From NCBI GenBank assembly GCA_046484135.1, contig JAWOBU010000167.1:1-28442 (forward strand): a stretch of DNA of 28,442 nt, given 5' to 3'. The notes below the pieces were generated by a model that saw nothing but the letters and a program-made list of their open reading frames with translations, ran no database searches and was not told the DNA's origin. This DNA comes from a bacterium (GTDB lineage Bacteria > RBG-13-61-14 > DATKZS01). This document shows positions 25,785 to 28,442 of the stretch, piece after piece; positions within the stretch are counted from its first letter, which is position 1, and the number at the start of each line of letters is the position of its first letter. A program made the position numbers and the translations under genes.

Positions 25785-26351
25785 ATGTCTCCTGTAGCCG
25801 ATTCCGGCGCCCATTTGGAAATCCCCGAAGACCTCCAAAAAACCATTGACTTCCATGGCCACCTGTGCCCCGGTATTCTCATCGGGTACCGCGCGTCCAG
25901 GGAAGCGCTGAAGAGGCTCGAGTCCCGCCGCTCGAAAGACGAGGAGCTGGTGGCGATAGTCGAGAACGACTCCTGCTCCGCGGACGCTGTCCAGGTACTT
26001 ACCGGCGCGACCTTCGGGAAAGGCAACTTCTTCTTTCGCGACCACGGCAAACAGGCCTTTACCTTTATGCTCCGTCCCTCCGGCAAAGGCGTGCGGCTCG
26101 CATTGAAAGCGGGCGCCTTGGGCGACGGCAACGTCTCCCGCGAGGACAAGTCCCGTACCCTCCTGTCCGAACCCGCCGAGGACCTCTTTGACATCCAAGA
26201 AGACACCATGGAGCTTCCTCCCGAGGCCGAGATAAGAAAAAGCGTGGTGTGCCCTTCCTGCGGCGAACCGGTCATGGACAGCCGCACCCGCGAGACAGGC
26301 GGAAAGCTACTGTGTATCCCCTGCGCCGAAAAAAAGAAGAACAGCTCCTGA
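25785..26351 (+). CDS. FmdE/FwdE-family protein with C-terminal C4 Zn finger
   Basis: FHGHLCPG, ENDSC.ADAVQ, TFGKGN, C-terminal CPSC...CIPC; AAGGAG RBS before ATG 25785. Confidence 0.9.
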   Translation: MSPVADSGAHLEIPEDLQKTIDFHGHLCPGILIGYRASREALKRLESRRSKDEELVAIVENDSCSADAVQVLTGATFGKGNFFFRDHGKQAFTFMLRPSGKGVRLALKAGALGDGNVSREDKSRTLLSEPAEDLFDIQEDTMELPPEAEIRKSVVCPSCGEPVMDSRTRETGGKLLCIPCAEKKKNSS

Positions 26352-26493
26352 AAACTGATTCCCGCCTTGGAGAAGATTTCGTTCGCAACTGTATTTTTCC
26401 TTGACAATTGTTCCTCATTCAACCCAAGAAAGTCTACTGAAATGTAGAAAAGCGACTGAAAACCTACCTCAAAGAAGACTTTCCCTCGGGGCC

Positions 26494-26512
26494 TTGCTTT
26501 AATGTTTTGCAA
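26494..26512. promoter_or_regulatory. possible enhancer-binding-protein (NtrC-like) site
   Basis: TTGC-N11-GCAA dyad upstream of the sigma-54-like promoter; matches only the outer bases of the NtrC consensus. Confidence 0.25.
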
Positions 26513-26565
26513 ACCTTTTTCGTAACTACCTGTTTTCCTTCGTTTCCAAAAGAAAATACATCTTC

Positions 26566-26580
26566 CGGCACAAGCCTTGC
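26566..26580 (+). promoter_or_regulatory. putative sigma-54 promoter of amtB-glnK
   Basis: CGGCACAAGCCTTGC has GG-N10-GC spacing, about 80 nt upstream of amtB. Confidence 0.6.
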
Positions 26581-26659
26581 CTTGCCTTTTACCGGCGCGG
26601 GCATGGACGTTCATTTAGAACTCGGCAAGCCCGGCTTATTAAATGTCAGGAGGAGAAAG

Positions 26660-27901
26660 ATGGACGGGACAATGGATGCGATTAGCTCGGGGGACACGGC
26701 TTTTGTGCTGGTGAGCGCTGCATTGGTTTTGTTTATGACGCCGGGCCTGGCGCTTTTTTACGGTGGCATGGTCCGGCGGAAGAACTTTCTTTCGGTTCTC
26801 ATGCAGTGTTTCATCCTGATGTGCGTTATCACGTTGCAATGGGTGGTCATCGGCTACAGCCTGGCTTTCGGGTCGGACGCGGGCTTTGGTTTTGTAGGGG
26901 GCCTTGATTACATCGGTCTTGCCGGAGTGGGCATGGCGCCGCAGGAGGGTTCGAGCATTCCGCATCTGGCTTTCATGGTTTTCCAGTGCATGTTCGCCAT
27001 TATCACGCCGGCGCTCATCGTGGGCGCGTTTGCCGAGCGCATCCGGTTCAGCTCGTTCCTGGTTTTCATGCTGTTGTGGGCGACTTTGGTTTACGACCCG
27101 GTCTGCCACTGGGTATGGGGTCCGGACGGGTGGCTTGCCGGCATAAACGCGCTGGACTTTGCGGGCGGCACAGTGGTGCATATAAATGCAGGCGTTTCCG
27201 CGCTGGTGATAGCGTTGTTGATCGGCAGGCGGGACGGGTACAAGAACCAGCCCTTTACTCCTCATCATCTGCCTTTCGTGGTGGTTGGAACCGCCATTTT
27301 GTGGTTCGGCTGGTTCGGGTTTAACGCGGGGAGCGCACTGGCGGCTGACGGTGTCGCGGCCAACGCCTTTGTAACCACCCTTGTGTCCACTGCCGCGGCG
27401 GGCCTGGCCTGGTCGCTCATCGAGTGGAAACACAACGGCGCGCCCACCATGCTGGGAGCGGCAACCGGCGCGGTAGCCGGGCTGGTGGCCATAACCCCGG
27501 CCTGCGGGTTCGTGGGGCCCATGTCGGCCATCGCCATCGGCGCGGTGGCCTCCGGGCTCGGGTTCGTGGGAGTGGCCGTGATAAAACCGAGGCTCGGTTA
27601 TGACGACTCTCTGGACGTGTTCGGGGTCCACGGCATCTGCGGCATGTGGGGAGCGCTTGCAACCGGTGTGTTTGCCAGCGCGGGCATAGGGGGTACGGAC
27701 GGTCTTGTGTTCGGGAATGCGGGCCAGCTCGGGATCCAGGCCATAAGCGTGGTAGCTACCATAGCCTACTCCGCGGCGCTGACCTTTGTTCTTTACAAGC
27801 TGGTGGACGTGGTTCTTGGAATGCGGGTGGCCCGGGAGGACGAGATGGTGGGCCTGGACATAAGCCAGCACCGGGAGGCCGGTTACACGGTGCTGGAGTG
27901 A
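26660..27901 (+). CDS. amtB: ammonium transporter
   Basis: MTPGLALFYGG, FQCMFAIIT, DFAGGTVVH, WFGWFGFNAGS, DD.LDVFGVHG (both conserved His present); AGGAGG RBS before ATG 26660. Confidence 0.97.
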   Translation: MDGTMDAISSGDTAFVLVSAALVLFMTPGLALFYGGMVRRKNFLSVLMQCFILMCVITLQWVVIGYSLAFGSDAGFGFVGGLDYIGLAGVGMAPQEGSSIPHLAFMVFQCMFAIITPALIVGAFAERIRFSSFLVFMLLWATLVYDPVCHWVWGPDGWLAGINALDFAGGTVVHINAGVSALVIALLIGRRDGYKNQPFTPHHLPFVVVGTAILWFGWFGFNAGSALAADGVAANAFVTTLVSTAAAGLAWSLIEWKHNGAPTMLGAATGAVAGLVAITPACGFVGPMSAIAIGAVASGLGFVGVAVIKPRLGYDDSLDVFGVHGICGMWGALATGVFASAGIGGTDGLVFGNAGQLGIQAISVVATIAYSAALTFVLYKLVDVVLGMRVAREDEMVGLDISQHREAGYTVLE

Positions 27902-27937
27902 AGGAGATAATAACTGTACGGACTTCAGACAGTGGCG

Positions 27938-27959
27938 TCGCGACTAAAGTTGTTTGCAC
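27938..27959 (-). repeat. 22-bp REP-like element (degenerate)
   Basis: Minus strand GTGCAAACAACTTTAGTCGCGA, three mismatches to the 19323 copy; between amtB and glnK. Confidence 0.7.
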
Positions 27960-27997
27960 GACTTCTAATCTTTTAATCTCATAAGGAGGAAAAACCC

Positions 27998-28339
27998 ATG
28001 AAATACGTAGTAGCCATTATTCAGCCGTATCAGTTGGACAGGGTTCGAGAGGAGCTCGAAGGGGAGGGCATCAACATGATCACGGTTACGCCGGTGTTGG
28101 GTTGCGGCCGTCAGAAAGGTCACACCGAGGTTTACCGGGGCATGGAGGAGATGGGCAACCTTTTAAAGAAGGTGAAGATAGAGATCGCGGTAACGGAGCC
28201 GGACCTGCAGAGGACCCTGGACGCCCTGACAAGGGGGGCCCGGACCGGCAACATCGGGGACGGCAAGGTTTTCATCTTCGAGATGGAGGAGTCCATACGC
28301 ATCCGGACCGGAGAGACGGGCAGTGCCGCGGTCTGGTAA
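27998..28339 (+). CDS. glnK: PII nitrogen regulatory protein
   Basis: GCGRQKG, YRG, KVKIEI, TGNIGDGKVF, IRIRTGE; directly downstream of amtB. Confidence 0.92.
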   Translation: MKYVVAIIQPYQLDRVREELEGEGINMITVTPVLGCGRQKGHTEVYRGMEEMGNLLKKVKIEIAVTEPDLQRTLDALTRGARTGNIGDGKVFIFEMEESIRIRTGETGSAAVW

Positions 28340-28442
28340 AAACATCCCACAATTTTGTAGGAAACTTCCCGTTTTGTCTACATTGTGGTAATATCCGGCA
28401 AAAGCGGCTCCGTACCTTAAGTTGTAAGTATTTGGATTGAAA

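Noticed and set aside
26507..26659. N-terminal extension of AmtB
   Set aside because: Covers the promoter region; AGGAGG supports ATG 26660.

Overview
GC-rich, gene-dense bacterial chromosomal window. The gene content (tungsten-type aldehyde:ferredoxin oxidoreductase, indolepyruvate oxidoreductase, ETF, FmdE, sigma-54-type promoters) suggests an anaerobe, possibly deltaproteobacterial; that assignment is inference only. Plus strand 60-9518: hisI, MaoC dehydratase, DUF2085 protein, poly-Cys membrane protein, AOR, MoaD/ThiS, alpha/beta hydrolase, DUF192, GH2 glycosidase and a degenerate acyl-CoA dehydrogenase. Minus strand 9521-17592: an iorA-iorB operon interrupted by an AT-richer AAA_21/ABC-ATPase plus TOPRIM-like (DUF4276-type) gene pair, the best candidate for an uncharacterised PARIS-like defence or toxin-antitoxin system, then priA, PilZ and GNAT. 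The rest holds receiver proteins, a Zn-finger orphan, an SCP2 protein, etfBA, a DacZ-type diadenylate cyclase, uxaE/uxuB-like genes, FmdE and amtB-glnK. A 22-bp REP-like family (GTGC-GA-hairpin-GA) with compensatory stem changes occurs in four intergenic regions. No rRNA, tRNA, CRISPR array, transposase or integrase was seen. All family assignments come from motif recognition by eye; no searches were run.
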